Assembly (NCBI GenBank): GCA_963789955.1
Contig: CAWBMV010000008.1
Coordinates: forward strand, 1 to 46,111
Length of the DNA stretch: 46,111 nt
Direction: 5' to 3'
DNA from: an uncultured Candidatus Rokubacteria bacterium
GTDB taxonomy: Bacteria > Methylomirabilota > Methylomirabilia > Rokubacteriales > CSP1-6
Below the pieces are notes generated by a model, which searched no databases, had not been told where the DNA came from, and was given only the letters and a program-made list of their open reading frames with translations. The position numbers and the translations under genes are program-made. Positions 1 through 14,764 of the stretch are shown one piece after another (position 1 is the stretch's first letter; the number at the start of each line of letters is the position of its first letter).

Positions 1-51
1 CGACCTGCTGTCGGCGCAATTACCGGAAGGCGTATGAGGATCTGAAGCGCT

Positions 52-918
52 ATGAGCACGGTCTCCGTCATCCTGCCGACCATCGCCGCCAAGACTCGCC
101 TGAAGTCCTTGAACCGGGCGATCGACAGCGTGCTGTCGCAGCAGGACGTGAAGGTCGAGCTGATCGTCGTAGCCAACGGCCCACAGTGCGACCCGGAGAT
201 CCTCGATTCGCTCGCCAAGCGATTGGACGTTCGCCTGGTCTACACCGAAGAAGGCAGCTATCCGGCCGCGCTGCGCCGGGGCCGCGATCTGGTCGAGGCG
301 CCGTTCTTCGCCGAGATCGACGATGACGACGAGCTCTTGCCGATGGCGCTCGCCACGCGCCTGCGCCATCTCGAGCTCGATCCCTCGATCGACGTGGTCG
401 TCACCAACGGAATCCTGCGCCGCGGCGGCCGGGACACGATCGGTATCGAGGACATCGACTCGTGCCGGACCGATCCGTTGCGCCGTCTGATGGACGACAT
501 GTGGCTGGTTCCCTGCGCGGCCCTCTATCGGACCGAGACGGTGACGCCGGACTTCTTCGAGGCGATTCCCCCGGCGATGGAGTGGACGTACCTGGGGACC
601 TTGCTCTCGCTCAAGCGGAAGATCGTCTTCGTCGACACGCCGACGTTCGTTTACAACCGGGACACGAGCGATTCACTCTCCAGGTCGAAGTACTATTTTC
701 TGAACACGCCCGACGCGATGAAGCGACTGATGGAGCTCGAATTGCCGGCCGAGATCCGCGAGCTCGTCAGGGAAAAGCACGTGCGGAGCCTCCACGCGGC
801 CTCGGACCTGGAGCTGATCGAAGGCAACGTCTCCGAGGCGTGGAAGTGGCATCTCCGGACCTTGGCCCATCCCTCGGGATGGCGATATCTGACGTACACG
901 AGGCACCTTGTGAGGTGA
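52..918 (+). CDS. Family 2 glycosyltransferase (GT-A fold)
   Basis: N-terminal VSVILPT...AIDSVLSQ...ELIVVANG and a DxD-type motif (EIDDDDEL); intact 288-aa ORF. Confidence 0.85.
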   Translation: MSTVSVILPTIAAKTRLKSLNRAIDSVLSQQDVKVELIVVANGPQCDPEILDSLAKRLDVRLVYTEEGSYPAALRRGRDLVEAPFFAEIDDDDELLPMALATRLRHLELDPSIDVVVTNGILRRGGRDTIGIEDIDSCRTDPLRRLMDDMWLVPCAALYRTETVTPDFFEAIPPAMEWTYLGTLLSLKRKIVFVDTPTFVYNRDTSDSLSRSKYYFLNTPDAMKRLMELELPAEIRELVREKHVRSLHAASDLELIEGNVSEAWKWHLRTLAHPSGWRYLTYTRHLVR

Positions 919-923
919 GACCG

Positions 924-2545
924 ATGCGGACCAAAGTGCTGCTGCTCGAAGTCGACGCCGGTGATCGCGATCTCATCCTGCGCTGGGCGCAAGAAGGCGC
1001 TCTGCCGAACTTCCAGCGTCTGCTGCAGCACGGCGTCTCCGGTCCTTCCATGGCGGTCCCGGGATTCTACGTCGGCGCCGTGTGGCCCTCGTTCTACACC
1101 GGCGTGAACCCGGCGCGGCACGGCATCCACAGCCTCGTGCAGCTCGAGCCCGGCACCTACGAGATCTTCCGTTGCCTCACGGCCGATCACATCAAGCGCG
1201 AGCCGTTCTGGAACTACTTGAGCCGCGCGCGGCAAGAAGGTGGCGGTTCTCGACGTGCCGCTCAGCGGAATTTCGAGAGACCTCAACGGCATCCAGATGG
1301 TGGAATGGGGCTCCCACGACGCCAACTACGGCTTCTGACGTGGCCCCCGTCCCTGGCCGACGAGGTGAAGGCGCGCTTCGGTCCCCATCCCCTGCTCGAC
1401 TCCTGCAACGCCGACCGCCGCACGCCGGCCGAGTTTCGGCCCTCCGCGACACGCTCGTCAGCGGCGTCAGGAAGAAGGCCGAGCTAACCAGACACTATCT
1501 TCGGCAGGGTGGCTGGGACTTCTTCGCGCAGGTGTTCACGGAGAGCCATTGCGTCGGCCATCAGTGCTGGCATCTGCACGATCCGGATCACCCGGCGCAC
1601 GAGCCCGAGGTCGCCGCGCAGACCGGCGATCTGATGAAGGACGTCTACGTGGCGATCGACACCGCGATCGGCGACGTGCTCGCCGAGCTCGGTCCGGAGA
1701 CCACGACGATCGTCCTCGCCGGTCACGGGATGACGACGAAGCGCGGCGCACAGTTCATGCTCCACGAGATCCTGATTCGCCTGAAGCTCGCGGTGCCCGC
1801 CGAGCCGGCGCTCCAGGCATCGACGCCGGTGGACACGGTCGATTCCTGGCTGACCTGGGGCTGGCAACACATGCCGCAGGGCGCGCGGCAGCTTCTCAAG
1901 CCAGTGCGCGACCGGCTTCGCGGCTGGATCGACGAGCCGGCGGGGGTCCCGGCGCCCAAGCTCGACGCGGCCAACAGCAAATGCTTCCTCGTCGACAACC
2001 ATTTCGCCGTCGGGGCGATCCGGCTCAATCTCGTCGGGCGCGAGCCCAGTGGCAAAGTGCAGCCCGGCGCCGAGGCGGACGCGCTGTGCGCAGAGCTCAA
2101 GCGCGATCTGCTGGATCTCAGGGACCTCAACACGGGTAAGCAGGTCATCAGCGACGTCGTGCTCACTCGCGATCTCTATCGGGGTGACCACCTCGACGAC
2201 CTGCCCGATGTGCTGGTCGTGTGGGGCCCCGGGATGCCGCTGGGCACCGCGGTCGTCGGCAAGCCCGGTAACGGCAAGGTGCGGCTCGGCTCGAAGAAGA
2301 TCGACCTGATCGAGGGTGAGAATCGGTACTGCCGGACCGGCGAGCACCGGCCGGACGGCTTGTTCATCGCCAGCGGCCCCGGGCTCGCGCCGGGCACCTT
2401 GAACCGCACCGTCTCCATCCTCGATTTCGCGCCCACGATCACGCGGCTCCTCGACGTCGATCTGCCCGATGTGGACGGCGAGGCGATCCGCGAGATACTC
2501 GAACGCCCTGGAGGGAACGCCGATGGCCGGGACACGCCCCGCTGA
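924..2545 (+). CDS. Alkaline phosphatase superfamily / type I phosphodiesterase-nucleotide pyrophosphatase family protein (frameshifted in this sequence)
   Basis: MRTKVLLLEVDAGD start, WPSFYTGVNPARHG nucleophile motif, HCVGHQCWH, AGHGM, and C-terminal GEHRPDGLFIASGPG...SILDFAPTI. Rebuilt from ORFs 462..1487 and 1082..2545 with indels near 1225-1440. Confidence 0.8.
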
Positions 2546-3209
2546 CGTCCACCCGCCCTACCTGTACCCCGACTACAAGAGCACGCGCCTGCGCGCCCCG
2601 GCGCAGCCGCTCGTGCGTGTGGCGCCGAGCCCGCTCGAGGCCGCCGGCCCCATATTCCCGAAGGCCTTCGTGAAGCAGAGCGAAGCCGACCTGACGACGT
2701 GGGGCACGAGCGCGCCCCTCGGCGAGAAGATGGTGCTGGTCGGTCGCGTGCTCGACGAGGGTGGCCGGCCGGTCCGGCGCTCGCTCGTCGAAGTGTGGCA
2801 GGCCAACGCCTCGGGTCGCTATCCCCATCCGGTCGACAACCACGACGCGCCGCTCGATCCGAACTTTCTCGGCAAGGGCCAGGTGCTCACGGACGACGAG
2901 GGCCGCTACCGGGTCGTGACGGTCAAGCCCGGCGCCTATCCGTGGCAGAATCACGCCTTTGCGTGGCGCCCGGCGCACATCCATCTTTCGCTGTTCGGCA
3001 ACGCGTACGCGCAGCGGCTCATCACGCAGATGTTCTTTCCCGGTGATCCCCTGCTCGCCATCGACCCGATCTTCCAGAGCGTGCCGGAAGCCGGCCGCCG
3101 GCTGTTGATCGCGGATCTCGATCTCGAGCACGGCGTCGAGGGTGTCGCGCTCGGCTACCGGTTCGACATCGTGTTGCGCGGGCCGGGCGCCACGCCGATG
3201 GGGGTCTAG
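2523..3209 (+). CDS. pcaH: Protocatechuate 3,4-dioxygenase beta subunit
   Basis: HPPYLYPDYKSTRLRAP, EVWQANASGRY, KPGAYPW and WRPAHIHLSLFG carry the Tyr/Tyr/His/His iron ligands; ATG at 2523. Confidence 0.95.
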   Translation: MAGTRPADVHPPYLYPDYKSTRLRAPAQPLVRVAPSPLEAAGPIFPKAFVKQSEADLTTWGTSAPLGEKMVLVGRVLDEGGRPVRRSLVEVWQANASGRYPHPVDNHDAPLDPNFLGKGQVLTDDEGRYRVVTVKPGAYPWQNHAFAWRPAHIHLSLFGNAYAQRLITQMFFPGDPLLAIDPIFQSVPEAGRRLLIADLDLEHGVEGVALGYRFDIVLRGPGATPMGV

Positions 3210-3211
3210 CC

Positions 3212-3760
3212 GTGACGAACCCCACCCCCTCGCAAACGGTCGGGCCGTTCTTCGCGCGCGAGCTGATCTGGAGCGACGGCGGCACGGTCCTGTTCCCCGC
3301 GCAGGGCGAGCGCATCACCTTGAAGGGGCGGGTGGTCGACGGCGCCGGCGCACCGGTCGTCGACGCGCTCTTCGAAACCTGGCAAGCGGACGCGTCCGGC
3401 AAGCTCCCGTCGGGCGGTCAAGGCGATCGCCCCTATGGCTATGGCCGTGTCTCGACCGATGCCGACGGCGGCTACGCGATCGAGACCTTCGTGCCCGGCG
3501 CGTTCAAGAGCCAGAGCGGCGAGACGTACGCGCCCCAGATCAGCGTGACGATCTTCGCGCGCGGGCTCTTGAAGGCCGTGCAGACGCGGGTGTTCCTGGC
3601 CCCGCTCGAGGCGATCAAGGACGATCCCCTGGTCCGCGCGATCGGGGATCCGGAGCGGATCCGGACCTTGATCGCGACGCGCGATCCCGGGAATCCCACG
3701 CTCTATCGCTGGGACGTTCGGCTGCGCGGCGCCGGCGAAGCGGTCTTCATCGAGATCTAG
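3212..3760 (+). CDS. pcaG: Protocatechuate 3,4-dioxygenase alpha subunit
   Basis: PTPSQTVGPFF, ETWQADASG, IFARGLL and YRWDVRLRG motifs; directly follows pcaH. Confidence 0.93.
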   Translation: MTNPTPSQTVGPFFARELIWSDGGTVLFPAQGERITLKGRVVDGAGAPVVDALFETWQADASGKLPSGGQGDRPYGYGRVSTDADGGYAIETFVPGAFKSQSGETYAPQISVTIFARGLLKAVQTRVFLAPLEAIKDDPLVRAIGDPERIRTLIATRDPGNPTLYRWDVRLRGAGEAVFIEI

Positions 3761-3776
3761 CGCGCGAGCGCCGACC

Positions 3777-5108
3777 CTGAACATCGTCGGCCGCGGCTTC
3801 GCGCGCGAGTCGTTCACCCAGGCGCTCTCCGCCGAGGCGTTCGTGCGGGCGATGCTCGACTTCGAGCGCGCGCTCGCCGGCGCCGAGGCCGACGCCGGTC
3901 TGGTACCGCCCGAAGCCGCCCAGGTCATCGCCAAAGCCTGCGCCGATCTGAGCCTGTCGCCCGACGCGCTCGCCGCCGAGAGCAAGCGCTCCGGCTCGCT
4001 CGCGGTTCCGCTCGTCAAGGCGCTTACCGAGCACGTCGCCCGGGTGGACCCGCGCGCGGCGGTCTTCGTGCACTTCGGCTCGACGAGCCAGGACGTGCTC
4101 GACACCGCGCTGGTCCTCTGCCTGAAACCGTGCCTCGCCGAGGCCGATAGTGTGCTCGCCGGGTCGGTGAGCCGTCTGGCCGCCCACGCGCGCCGTCATG
4201 CCGGCGCCGTGATGCTCGGCCGCACGCTCATGCAACCGGCCACGCCGATCACGGCCGGCGTGAAGATCGCGCGCTGGGCGGCGGCGCTCCACCGCTGCCG
4301 CCTGCGTCTAGCCGAGACGCGGGAGCGCGCGCTGTGCATCCAGCTCGGCGGCGCCGTCGGCACGCTCGACGCGATCGGCGCCAAGCGCGCCATGGTGCGC
4401 AACGGCCTCGCGATGCGCCTGCGCCTGCACGAGGCGCGTGCCTGGCACGAGCAGCGCGACGAGCTGGTGCGCCTGATGGCCGAGCTGGCGATCGTCACGA
4501 TCACCGTGGGCAAGATCGCGCGCGATGTCTCGCTGCTCTCGCAGGCCGAGGTCGGCGAGATGCTCGAGGCGGCACCGGTGAAGGGCGTCGGCGGCTCGAG
4601 CGCCATGCCCCACAAGCGCAACCCGGTCGCCTGTCTTCAGGCACTGACCGCCGCCGCTCGCGTGCCCGGCCTGATGGCGACCGTGCTCTCGAGCTCGGTC
4701 GGCGAGCACGAGCGCGCGCTGGGCGGCTGGCAAGCCGAGCTCGTGACCATTCCCGAGCTGCTCGACGCCACCGGCAGCGCGCTCGACGCGCTCGAACGCA
4801 TCGCCGGCGGGCTCGTGGTGATCCCGGAACGCATGAAGGCCAATCTCGAAGCGCTACAGGGTCTCGTGTTCTCCGAGCGCCTCGCCCGCGTGATCGCTCG
4901 CGAGACCGACCGCGCCAGCGCGCTGGCACTCGTCGACGACTGGTCGGCGGTGGCCGTCAAGGAGCGCCGCCACCTCAAAGACGTCGCCGTGGCGGCGCGG
5001 CCGTCCCTGGCCGGGCACATCGACGACGTGTTCTCGTTCGAGGCGGTCGTCACGGAGCTGGCACCGGTCCTCGACGAAACGCTTGCGGGAATCCCGGCCG
5101 ACCCCTGA
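3777..5108 (+). CDS. pcaB: 3-carboxy-cis,cis-muconate cycloisomerase (fumarase/argininosuccinate lyase superfamily)
   Basis: AMLDFERALA, VHFGSTSQDVLDTA, GSSAMPHKRNPV and EHERALGGWQAE; follows pcaHG. Start uncertain (in-frame CTG 3777 or GTG 3843). Confidence 0.9.
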   Translation: MNIVGRGFARESFTQALSAEAFVRAMLDFERALAGAEADAGLVPPEAAQVIAKACADLSLSPDALAAESKRSGSLAVPLVKALTEHVARVDPRAAVFVHFGSTSQDVLDTALVLCLKPCLAEADSVLAGSVSRLAAHARRHAGAVMLGRTLMQPATPITAGVKIARWAAALHRCRLRLAETRERALCIQLGGAVGTLDAIGAKRAMVRNGLAMRLRLHEARAWHEQRDELVRLMAELAIVTITVGKIARDVSLLSQAEVGEMLEAAPVKGVGGSSAMPHKRNPVACLQALTAAARVPGLMATVLSSSVGEHERALGGWQAELVTIPELLDATGSALDALERIAGGLVVIPERMKANLEALQGLVFSERLARVIARETDRASALALVDDWSAVAVKERRHLKDVAVAARPSLAGHIDDVFSFEAVVTELAPVLDETLAGIPADP

Positions 5109-5147
5109 GTCGCCGGATCTGTGTGCGTATACTCTAGTGTTGCAAGC

Positions 5148-9187
<4,040 letters not shown>

Positions 9188-9206
9188 AGCGGGTCGGTCG
9201 CGCGGA

Positions 9207-10283
9207 CTACGTCACCGCCTGCTGGCGGAGCGCATGGTCCGCGATGACCAGGGCGGTCATCGCCTCGACCATGGACACGGCGCGCGGAAGCACGCACGGA
9301 TCGTGGCGACCGCGCCCCTGGATGGTCGTCTCCTCGTGGCGGATATCGACCGTGTGCTGCTCGCGCATGATCGTCGCCGTCGGCTTGAACGCCACGCGGA
9401 AGTAGATCGTCTCGCCGTTGGTGATGCCGCCCTGCACGCCGCCCGAGCGGTTGGTGCGGGTCCGGATGCGGCCGTTCTCCACATAGAACTCGTCATTGTG
9501 CTCGGCGCCCGTGAGGTCGGTCCCGGCGAAGCCCGAGCCGATCTCGAAGCCCTTGCTCGCGGGCAAGCTCATCACCGCCTTGGCGAGGTCGGCCTCGAGC
9601 CGATCGAAGACCGGCTCGCCCCACCCGGCCGGACAGCCGCGCACCGCGCAGGTGACGATGCCGCCGAGGGAGTTGCCGTCCTTGCGCGCGGCCTCGACGG
9701 CCGCGATCATGCGCTCGGCGACGACCAGGTCCGGGCAGCGGATCGGCGTCATGTCGACCTGCTCGCGCGTCACCTTCTCGTGATCGCACTCCGCGACGAG
9801 CCGCCCGACCTTCGAGACCCACGCGACGACCGTCACGTTGAAGCGCGTGGTGAGGAGCTTGCGCGCGATCGCGGCGGCCGCGACGCGGCCGGCGGTTTCG
9901 CGCGCGCTCGTGCGGCCGCCGCCGCGCCAGTCACGCACGCCGTACTTCGCGTCGTACGTGTAGTCCGCGTGGCTCGGCCGGTACTTCTCCCGCACCTCAC
10001 GGTAGTCTCCCGGCCGCATGTCCTCGTTCGGAATGAGCAGGCTGATCGGCGTGCCGAGCGTCTGTCCTTCGAAGACGCCGGACAGGATCTGCACCGTGTC
10101 GGACTCCTTGCGCTGGGTCACGAGCGCGCTCTGCCCGGGCGCGCGGCGGTCGAGGTCCGGCTGGATGTCCGCGGCGGACAAGGGCAGCCGCGGCGGGCAG
10201 CCGTCCACGACGGCGCCGATGGCGCCCCCGTGCGACTCTCCCCACGTCGTCACGCGAAAGAGCTGCCCCCAGGTGTTACCCAT
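9207..10283 (-). CDS. aroC: Chorismate synthase
   Basis: [54 protein letters not shown] and [13 protein letters not shown] signatures; true start is ATG at 10283. Confidence 0.98.
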   Translation of the reverse strand: MGNTWGQLFRVTTWGESHGGAIGAVVDGCPPRLPLSAADIQPDLDRRAPGQSALVTQRKESDTVQILSGVFEGQTLGTPISLLIPNEDMRPGDYREVREKYRPSHADYTYDAKYGVRDWRGGGRTSARETAGRVAAAAIARKLLTTRFNVTVVAWVSKVGRLVAECDHEKVTREQVDMTPIRCPDLVVAERMIAAVEAARKDGNSLGGIVTCAVRGCPAGWGEPVFDRLEADLAKAVMSLPASKGFEIGSGFAGTDLTGAEHNDEFYVENGRIRTRTNRSGGVQGGITNGETIYFRVAFKPTATIMREQHTVDIRHEETTIQGRGRHDPCVLPRAVSMVEAMTALVIADHALRQQAVT

Positions 10284-10323
10284 GCGTCGAGGATACCTCG
10301 ACCGGGGGTAGAATGCCGCGAGC

Positions 10324-11758
10324 ATGACCACGATCGGCGAAACAACGTTCACGGCCGAGGACATCGATCGCTTCGCGGCGCTGACGCTCGACACTAACCC
10401 GATCCACATGGACCCGCGCATCGCTCAGCGCTCCTTCGCGGGCGCCCGGGTCGCGCACGGGATGCTGGTCCTGCTGACGGCCTTGCAGCACGTCGTCGCG
10501 AGCGGAAAGGCCGCGACCCCGTTGCGACGGGTGCGCTGTGACTTTCGCTGCCCGGTGCTGGTCGACGAGCCCGTCCGCTTCGAATCCCGGCAGCGGAACG
10601 ATGGCAGCACCAGGCTGACCGCGCTGGTCGACGACGTCCCATGCGCCGAGATCCGACTCGACGACCCGACCACCGCGCCGGACCGGAGGACACCGGAGCC
10701 GGCCAAGATCGATGCGGGGATGGACGCGATCCGCGAGCCCCTCGACCACGATGCGCGGGCGCTCGCCGCGTTCAACGCAACGATCTCGAACGCGCCCGCG
10801 GCGGACGTCACTGCGATATTCCCCGCGCTCTGCGCGGCCATCGGTGCCGCGAACGTGGCGGCGCTCGCTCGCCTCTCGTACGTCGTCGGCATGCTGTGTC
10901 CGGGTCTCTACTCGGTCTTCTCCGCGCTCGACGTGACCCTCGCGCGCGACGGCGAAGCGCGCGGCGCCAGCACCGTCGCCGTCACGGGAGTGGACGAGCG
11001 CTTCCGGCTCGTGCAGATGGCGCTCACGGGAGATCTCGTCGGGACATTCAGCGCGTTTCAGCGGCCCCCGCCCTTCCAGCAGCCGACCTCCGAGTCGTTA
11101 GGCCATCGGGTCGGCCCCGCCGAATTCGTCGGAGCCCGCGCGCTCGTGATCGGGGGCTCGCGCGGCCTGGGGGAGCTGACCGCCAAGCTGCTCTGCGCCG
11201 GGGGGCGCCACGGTCCACCTCACGTACGCGCGCGGACTGCGCGACGCGCGACTCGTCAGCGCCGAGATCGGGCGCGCGAACCGCGGCGCCTGCACGCCGC
11301 TCGAGCTCGACATCCTGGCGCCGCTGTCGAGCGAGGCGCTCCGCGTGCTGGCCGACATCGACCTGATCTTCTACTTTCCGACGCCGCTGATCTCGCGGAA
11401 GAAGTCGAGGACGTTCAGCCCGCCGATTCTGCAGGACTTCCTGCGGTTCTACGTCGAGCGATTCTACGCGCTGTGCGAAGCGGTCCAGTCCGCGGCCGCC
11501 CGGCCCGTGCGCGTCTTCTACCCGTCGAGCGTCTACGTCGACTCGCGGCCGAAGGGGCTGACCGAGTACGCGATGGCGAAGGCCGCGGGCGAGATCCTGG
11601 TGTCCGACCTGAACGCCGCCTCGTCGAAGCTGCAGATCGTGTCGTCGCGGCTGCCCCGGATGGGCTCGGATCAGACGAACACGATCGCCGGAGGCGCCGA
11701 GGACACCGACGGCGTCGCCGTCATGCTGTCGATCGTGCGCAGGATGTGGCCGGTCTAG
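10324..11758 (+). CDS. MaoC-type (hot-dog) dehydratase fused to SDR ketoreductase (DH-KR); one frameshift in a G-run near 11200
   Basis: [15 protein letters not shown]...VAHGML hydratase-2 motif; Rossmann [11 protein letters not shown]; catalytic YPSS...[10 protein letters not shown] (YxxxK) in ORF 11345..11758. Confidence 0.8.
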
Positions 11759-11760
11759 GA

Positions 11761-13012
11761 CTATCGTGACGCGGAGTCGTAGATCGCGCGGATACGCCGA
11801 ATGGCTTCCGGATGACTCTTTCTATACGATTTTCGGCGCTCTCGAATTTCCGAGAGGTGCGGCTCTATCGTTTCAGCGGTGAGAACAACGCCATAGCCCG
11901 TGTCCGGACCACCAAACATCCTGTTCAGGATGATGTCGCCAAGCGCCTTGGAGTAGTGAGTCGGTTCCCAGAACCAGCGCAGATGTGCACTCCTGTCTGA
12001 ACGGGGCAGGTTCTCCGTCGAATACTGATCGTATCCGCTGAAATCCCACACGCGCGGCACCGTGTGGCCGGACCGAAGCGATTCGTCGCGACTTACCCTC
12101 GACAAGCTTCCGTTTCCACGATCTCATAGGCTGACCAGGTGCCAAGCAAGTCAAATGTTTCGAGCAAATCGGCATGCATTGGCTGTATGAATAGCTCCAA
12201 TTGAATCCCACGTAACCGGCACAAATCGACGATTGCCTGTAAGTCCGCCAGCGCCGGCGCATCTGACGGTCCATCACCGTTCTGCAAGGAATGCCGGCCT
12301 ACGATACATCTGAATGTTGTAGAGATTTCTCTGAGCAAACAGTGGAGCGGAGCCGATTTCCTCGGTTTCTCGGCGAAACCCTGCCTCCGACAGATTGCCG
12401 AATGCACTCACATCAATCGACTCACCGCGGAGACTGGACACCACAGTAGCGATAGTGTCGCCGACTGCCTCCAGCGATAGTGTGCCCTCGGCGAAGTCAC
12501 GCAACTGCTGCCATCGCCGGTCTGGATTCGCGCGACCGTCGCGGCCGACACTGAGATATGACTCGAATGCCATTGGCGCGCTCGGAGTCCGTTTCTTTCC
12601 GACCGAGAAAGTACTCGAAATCCAGCCCGAGGATAATGATTGAGAGGTCTCGCTGTGACAAGCACGTGCTGAAGATAGCGATAGGAGGTAAAAGGGTCGG
12701 CCGCAGCGAGGCCGAGGTTATATACCGGCCGAGCGTATGCGGGCCATGAGACATGAGCCGCGTCCAATCCAATGGCCACGCGAGACGATCCAAGAATTAG
12801 AGACTTCGGTGCGGCACGCCCCACCTCGTAGGCCTTGATGAGGCGTTCGTGGCGTTCGACACTGGGCTTGGCTTGATTGAACCCCTTCAGTCGGGGCATG
12901 TCGAACAAGAGATAGGGGTCGAACAAGCGCGTTGGCGGTCGCGATAGTGATGATGATGACCGCGCACGCAACGACCCAACCGCGGACAAATCGTTGGGCT
13001 TCAGCTCAACAT
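11761..13012 (-). CDS. Membrane-anchored SGNH-like (DltD/AlgJ/AlgX-like) partner of the MBOAT, frameshifted
   Basis: Rebuilt N-terminal TM helix (WVVACAVIIITIATANALVDPY), block-I-like LILGSSRVAIGLD, VYNLGL, and C-terminal VWDFSGY...WFWEPTHY (acid-x-x-His). Begins immediately after the MBOAT stop. Confidence 0.65.
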
Positions 13013-13018
13013 TCGCCC

Positions 13019-14688
13019 TCAGAACTGCCAATACAGAAATCCGCTGGCACGGTGCAAGCCCAAGCACTCCCGCGACTGCCAGCATAGCAATCAGTGCGGG
13101 GCCGAGCTCGGCTCCGCACGATGTCGATCTGTCTTAGCCGTCGCACCGTGGACCTCGTCTCGCTCGACTGTATTACGTCGATTCGGCCGTGGAAGTCGAG
13201 CGCGGGTCGATAGGGCTGCCAGAAGCTCCAACGAGTTCGGCATCGCCAGTCACGATCACGAAAAGCACGGCTCAGCCAGACGCCCACGGCGATGAGCTGC
13301 GAGCCGCTCGACCAGTCGTAGGTCACACCAACACCCTCGAGCCATTGCCCAAACGCGCCCAGTCTCGATCCTATGGCGTACGGAATCGTCACGCCGTTCA
13401 ATCCGGCCATGCCCCGCAGGACCGAGATCGCCGCGGACACGGAGCTCGCCCGGAAGAAGACGAACGTTGCACGATCACGCCGACGAAGGTCAGAACCCGA
13501 AGCCGATCGGCGTCATGATCCGGTCGTAGCTCGCCTGATTACGCCAAAAGCGTGGTCGCAATATTCGCCACGCCTGGTTGATCGTCAGCATCAAGCCGTG
13601 AAGAATGCCCCAGATGATGAACTGAAACCCGACACCGTGCCAGAATCCCGAAATGGTCATCGTCAACGACGGTCGGCAACCCGATCAGAATCACGATGGC
13701 CGACACCTTGGTGTTGCGCCCTCGCAGAACGGGCTTGCCTCTGCGCCATGCGCTGACGAGTCAAGACAAGTACCAGCGGCGTGTAGAGATAGCGCCGTCA
13801 GAAAACGCGTGAGCGTGATGTGCCAGCGGCTCCAGAATTCCACGATGCTGCTGGCCTTTAAGGGGGAATTGAAATTCATCGGTAGCACGACACCGAAGAT
13901 CCGCGCGATACCGAGGGCCATATCCGAATAGCCCGAAAAGTCGAAATAGATCTGAAACGTGTAGGCAAGAGCGCCGATCCAGCCCGGCAACAGAGTCACC
14001 GGCTCTCCCTGGAGAGGCGCGGCAAATACGGGGTTCGCGTAGTCAGCCACCCGGTCGGCGATGACAACCTTCTTGAAGAGCCCGATCGAAAACAGACAGA
14101 TGCGCGACGGCGATATCGGTGGGCACCCATCGGAACGTGGGGCGCGCTCAGTTGCGGCATGACCTCTTGGTAGTGAACGATCGGACCGGCGACGACTCGG
14201 GGGAAGAAGAGCGTGAACAGGAGAAAGTCGAGGAAGCCGCCGCCCTTGACCTGCCCTGATATAGACATCCATGAGGTAGGCGATCTTCTGAAACGTGATG
14301 AACGATATTCCGAGCGGCAGGATCAACGGTCCGAAGGCAAAATGCGTCCCGAAGAGCAGATTCGAAGTGTCGAGAAAGAAGTTCCGGTACTTGAAATACC
14401 CGAGGAAGGCGATGTTGGCCGCGATGCCGACACCGAGCAGGGTCGCGCGCATCGCACGCTTGGAATCATCCACACGCTCGATGCCTTTGTCCGATCACAT
14501 AATCGAGAACGATCGAAGGCAAGATGATCGCCAGGCTCTCGATGCGAGACACCGCATAAAATGCTATCGAGGCCAGAACCAGCCAGACGACCGCCGGAGT
14601 GCGACCGCCGAGCGCGTCCGAGAACGAAATAGCCAACGACGACGACCGGCAGGAACAGGAATATGAACTCGTAGGAGCTGAACAGCAT
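13019..14688 (-). CDS. MBOAT family O-acyltransferase (AlgI/DltB/PatA type), frameshifted
   Basis: MLFSSYEFIFLFLPV start, LGYFKYRNFF, LPLGISFITFQKIAYL, FQIYFDFSGYSDMALG, EFWSRWHITLTRFL, catalytic SGFWHG (~13637), and C-terminus GFLYWQF-stop at 13019-13042. Confidence 0.92.
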
Positions 14689-14764
14689 GTCTCGCTCGGA
14701 GCGTGGCGCTACGTGCGTGCCGAATCTGCGATACGCCCTGGATCCTCGGCGGCAACGGAAGTAG

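Noticed and set aside
1..51. 3' end of an upstream gene
   Set aside because: Too short to assign a frame or product.
1330..1345. TGA after YGF in the AlkP-family gene as a second recoded stop
   Set aside because: Downstream homology continues in another frame (LTWPPSL), so a missing base explains it; there is no Cys/redox context.
11195..11210. Programmed frameshift in the G-run of the DH-KR gene (and at the ACP GGG)
   Set aside because: Homopolymer indels are the typical long-read error and are abundant here; no slippery heptamer with a stimulatory structure was seen.
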